From Chrysomallon squamiferum (taxonomy: Eukaryota; Animalia; Mollusca): a stretch of DNA of 64,000 nt. The DNA is taken from the NCBI GenBank assembly GCA_012295275.1, contig CM022672.1, forward strand, positions 6,510,001 to 6,574,000. Direction: 5' to 3'. Below are positions 59,913 to 64,000 of the stretch, piece after piece. Positions within the stretch are counted from its first letter, which is position 1, and every line of letters begins with the position of its first letter. The notes beneath the pieces were generated by a model. The model ran no database searches and was not told where the DNA came from. It saw only the letters and a program-made list of their open reading frames with translations. The translations under genes were made by a program, and so were the position numbers.

Positions 59913-60310
59913 AGACGATGTTATTACCGCGACATTGCATTTTTATGAAGCTGACAGCGGTGTTAGCTGATGTTTAATTTTTATAAGTATTTTAAAATAT
60001 ATACAGAATTTTATATTACACTTCACAGTAACAAATAAACATGATAATGTATTTTATTGAATACGACAAAGCTGAAATATAGCAGCTATAATGTATCTAT
60101 GTTATAAAGAGAAATAAATATTTATTGTAATTTATTTCGATTGGTCTGTTGTTTTATATAACATTTCTGTAGTCGTCTGTCTGTGCATTTATTTGTCCAA
60201 ACCTATAAGCATGTGCGTGCATATGTTCGTACATACAAACATACATACATACATTTTACAAATACATGAACACATACATGCTACATATGTGCATTCATTT
60301 AAATACAAAC

Positions 60311-60528
60311 GTGGTTGTCTTGAAAGCAGAACGGTAACGTCGTTCGCCTTCGTAATGCGGGTGAATGGGTGTCATACGTTCGAGTCTCGTCAGCGGCATC
60401 TGACAGGTTTATGAGGTCGTGATTGGACTTTGTCCTCCTGCGCCAGTGCGTTCCCGAATATTGTCTATGTGCAGAATCTAATCAGACATTCATAAGACAG
60501 AGAATATTCAAAACCCTAAACTACGTAC
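60311..60528 (+). mobile_element. tRNA-derived SINE, near full length
   Basis: A-box-like aagcagaacgg, B box GTTCGAGTC, aaaccctaaactac tail; homologous copies at 56755-56940 and 55396-55465. Confidence 0.75.
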
Positions 60529-61053
60529 AAACGTGTTGAGTCTGTATATATATATATATATTGCAGTAATAGTATTATTTAAAATTCATATAACTTACGT
60601 AGGTATAATATATGTTAAATTAAAGCACTTTTTCACTTAAGTATAGATTTACTGTTTTGGTATTTAGTTAATTTTATGGAGAGACGTTCGAAAGAAATGT
60701 AACACCTAAACAATACATCGCATACAAACAACTGAAAATTAGTTTTTCTTCGTTCTGACTTCTGTGTCAACATTATCATTAATCAATGATACACATAGAA
60801 CTGAACGTTTTCTGCTTTTAGACATACGTTTTTGTCTGAAATTATAATAATGACATATGAATACAACAATTTAAATTGTACTCTTTTTTTCTACACATTG
60901 TAGCGATTACTTTGACTTATTTACGTTGCCAATGAAATAAATCATCTTATTCTTATTTTTACCTATTTTAAAAATATATTAAATTATATTTACATCCAAA
61001 TACAAGTTTGACTACAAGTTCTAAATATGTCTCCGTGGTTCATTCAATCAGTC

Positions 61054-61137
<84 letters not shown>

Positions 61138-61191
61138 CTCTATCTATCTATCTATCTATCTATCTCTATAATCTATCTCGCTCTCTATCTA

Positions 61192-61231
<40 letters not shown>

Positions 61232-61400
61232 TCTATCTAACTTTCTGTTTATCGATCTGCCTACATACCTGCCTATATTTCTATCCATCTTCCTATCTAT
61301 CTGTATATTTAATTATCTATCATTCTATCTGTCTGTCTGTCTGTCTGTCTATCTATCCCTCTGTCTATCTATCTGTTTCTCTATTTATAAGCCTTTCTGT
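61054..61400. repeat. (ATCT)n/(GTCT)n tetranucleotide repeat
   Basis: Direct reading. Confidence 0.9.
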
Positions 61401-62048
61401 CTGTTTAAAATCGTTATATAAACATCTGACTTTTCAGTATCCTGTCTGCTTGTCTACTGGTCTACCTACCTAACTATCTATCGACTTAACTATAATTATA
61501 TTACAAAGCCATTTTATCAGTAATAAATAAATAATATATAATCAGAACACACAAACAATACACAATTCATTTCTTTCTAGTGAAACTGTAATTGTACTTG
61601 TTGATTATTATTATGTAAACACATGTTTGTCTGTACGTATATGTATGGTTGTGTGTGTTTATGAGTGTGTGTATGCGTGTACGAGTGTATAGTTTGTATG
61701 TGTATGTGTGTGTGTGTGTGTGTGTATGTAATTTATTGGTGTTTGCACTAACACAAAATTTATTAAAACTAATTTTATTTTTATATTTACGGTCATCTCA
61801 GGTTGGTATCAGTTTTACATTAGATGAATCACCAGATATAACAGACGTAATTAAGTAGGTTATCTCTTCTTTCAGTGCACCCATCGACATGCATTAGCAA
61901 ACTAATTTATTATTCGACTTACCATTACATCTTAAGCATTTTAATTTTTACTACACACATTTACATAATTGAGAACGTATATACTTTACTCGATGACTCA
62001 GAAAGGTATTAAATTGTCGAGTCTCTGCATGTTATTTTGAATGATTTC

Positions 62049-62138
62049 TATAAAAAGAATGAGCAACAGAAATGCTTGTGTATATATTAAAAGATTTTCC
62101 CCCTATCTTCAGGGTTCGACAAATACCGTCTTATCGAG
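62049..62138 (+). promoter_or_regulatory. TATA box and 5'UTR exon 1 of gene B
   Basis: tataaaaag at 62049, donor GAG|gtaaaa at 62139; aaaagattttcc resembles aaacagatttttc in gene A exon 1. Confidence 0.5.
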
Positions 62139-62386
62139 GTAAAATTTTATCTTTTATTATTATTATTATTTATTTTATTTGAATATATTGATAATATACT
62201 TAATGTGATGAAATCAGAGTTAACTGACGTTGAAATTCTTTAATTAATTAATTAATTATTATTATTATTATTACTGTGTTTTTGTTGTTGTTGTTGTTCT
62301 TATTATTGCTGTGAATTTCATTTAATAATATTATTAATTAATTAATGAATTAAATTTATCATTGTTATTTGGTTGTTGTTGTTGTT

Positions 62387-62449
<63 letters not shown>

Positions 62450-62465
62450 TTAAGATTCCAGAAAG

Positions 62466-62579
62466 ATGGTGGTTATTAATTATTCAATCACTTTAAAAAT
62501 ATTAATCTTCCGTGAGTATGTTCACAGCTTTTCATGATTTCCATGTCAATATTTGATTTTTGCTGGTTTCATACCTGTA

Positions 62580-62612
<33 letters not shown>

Positions 62613-62940
62613 CGTTGTTATGAATTATGTATCTATCTATCTAACTGCCTACTTATATATATTTCCATATATCTATCTGAATCTCTATTTATCTGCCTCT
62701 CTATCTATCTGTCTAGCTAAGTAGCCATATATTTCTTTATTTTTTAAATCTTATTGGTTTATTTATTTATTTTAACTTCAGTAATCATACAAATAACTAT
62801 TTGTTAGCTTGAATGTTATCAATATTCATACGAATAAATAATCTAAAACATTTTATACATTTTTTATAAAAATTAATTTACATTATTTTGTTTTAGTTAT
62901 TTTGGCAGTTTCATTTGTAAAGATGGATGATCCACCGACT
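62466..62940 (+). CDS. Gene B (5' part only): secreted protein with the same exon architecture as gene A
   Basis: Exons 62455-62511 (ATG 62466) and 62897-62940 give MVVINYSITLKILIF|LILAVSFVKMDDPPT|gtaagta. The signal peptide is split by a phase-1 intron and followed by a phase-0 donor. No further exon was found in the window. Confidence 0.68.
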
Positions 62941-62956
62941 GTAAGTAAATAAATAA

Positions 62957-62999
<43 letters not shown>

Positions 63000-63009
63000 T
63001 GTGTGTCTA

Positions 63010-63648
63010 CAGTGGTACCTCAACTTACGAGAGCTCCAACTTACGAGTTTTCCGAGTTACGAGCAGTCGCCCGGTCGATACTTTGCTTTGAGTTGCGAGA
63101 TAAAATCCGAGTTACGAGCGAGCTTCAGATACGCCGCTGCTAGTTGGCGCAACGAACAACATAACATCCAGCCAGCATCACTCATTTGCTTTGTGGTTTT
63201 GCGAGATGGAAAAATCCGAGTTACATTATTTGACAAAATGGATAACGCAAAGGACAGTGCTCAGAAGTTGGATGATGTTCATTGAATTAAACATAAAATA
63301 CCAGCCAGCATGTAATCAAGTTGGTTTGTACGACGCGTTACTTTCGCCGATATGTAAGCATCTCAGAAGGAGTCGATAAAGACCATAACTCAGCCAAAGG
63401 CGATAAAATTTTGTGCTGCGGATTCTGTCCATGAAAATGGTTCCTAACCAAAAGTTTATTTCTTTACATTCTCTTTAACTTTTGAAGAACAATATTTGGA
63501 TGATGTTTTTTGATTTAAAAACACGTTACAATAAAATTTTTTTTTTTTTTTTTTAGAGGGGAATAGAACGGATTAATGGTATTTCAGTTAACTTAATTTG
63601 GGAAAATTGATTTGATATACGAGCAAATTGTCAGTCAAGGTACCACTC
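63010..63648. mobile_element. Tigger/pogo-like MITE
   Basis: TA-CAGTGGTACCT ... AGGTACCACTC-TA terminal inverted repeats; subterminal ttacgag repeats. Confidence 0.8.
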
Positions 63649-64000
63649 TATATATAAATTTAGAATGAATAGTTATTTTTTTATTTTGTCTGTTAAAATA
63701 TATATATATAAATATACAGAAATATGTATATATTATATATAATATATATAATTTATTATTATTATTATATATATATATATTTATTCAAGGTAAAATAAAA
63801 CACTTTTTTTTTTTTTTTTTTTTTTTTTAAAGGAAAGAAAAAAAAAAGAAAAAAAAAATTTCAAATTTGTAATCAAGACAATAATATATTGGGAAACCAG
63901 ATATTATTTTCCTTTCCGTTCTTTAATTAAAATGGCACCTTCTTAAAATAATTTAAATTTGATATCAATAAAACCGCAAGCAAAACAAAACTAGTATAGT

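Noticed and set aside
60311-60400. tRNA gene
   Set aside because: A/B boxes are present but there is no clean cloverleaf, and multi-copy 3' body and tail indicate a SINE
61802-61846. Possible 45-nt phase-0 exon (VGISFTLDESPDITD)
   Set aside because: Lies after gene A's stop and polyA sites and before gene B's TATA; weak donor (C|gtaatt); no frame to join
62959-63379. ORFs of 60-108 aa near the window end
   Set aside because: They start in a (TG)n tract or lie inside a MITE, with no transposase motifs

Overview
Very AT-rich, intron- and microsatellite-rich animal DNA; a lophotrochozoan invertebrate such as a mollusc is my inference, not shown by the sequence. All gene models were spliced by eye from splice signals and frame continuity. 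(1) A CTR1/SLC31A1 copper importer on the minus strand (CDS 725-9704, 5' exon near 21.5 kb), with a candidate 27-nt microexon whose 3' splice site has a perfect 17-nt intronic complement. (2) Head-to-head with it, a 33-exon FKBP15 orthologue on the plus strand (23128-46671), the same arrangement as in human. It has a GC-AG intron, a 615-nt symmetric exon with four copies of a GDxGN repeat I do not recognise, and an apparent 2-nt frameshift near 44535. (3) A micro-exon gene invisible to the ORF track (53385-59912, +) encoding a 93-aa signal peptide + Thr-rich mucin + GPI-signal protein. Its ectodomain comes from five phase-0 exons of 15-27 nt, two of which sit in a ~1.45-kb tandem duplication whose exons diverged more than its introns. 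(4) The first three exons of a second gene with the same architecture (62.05-62.94 kb), apparently running out of the window. TcMar/Tigger-type MITEs and tRNA-derived SINEs cluster in the micro-exon locus.
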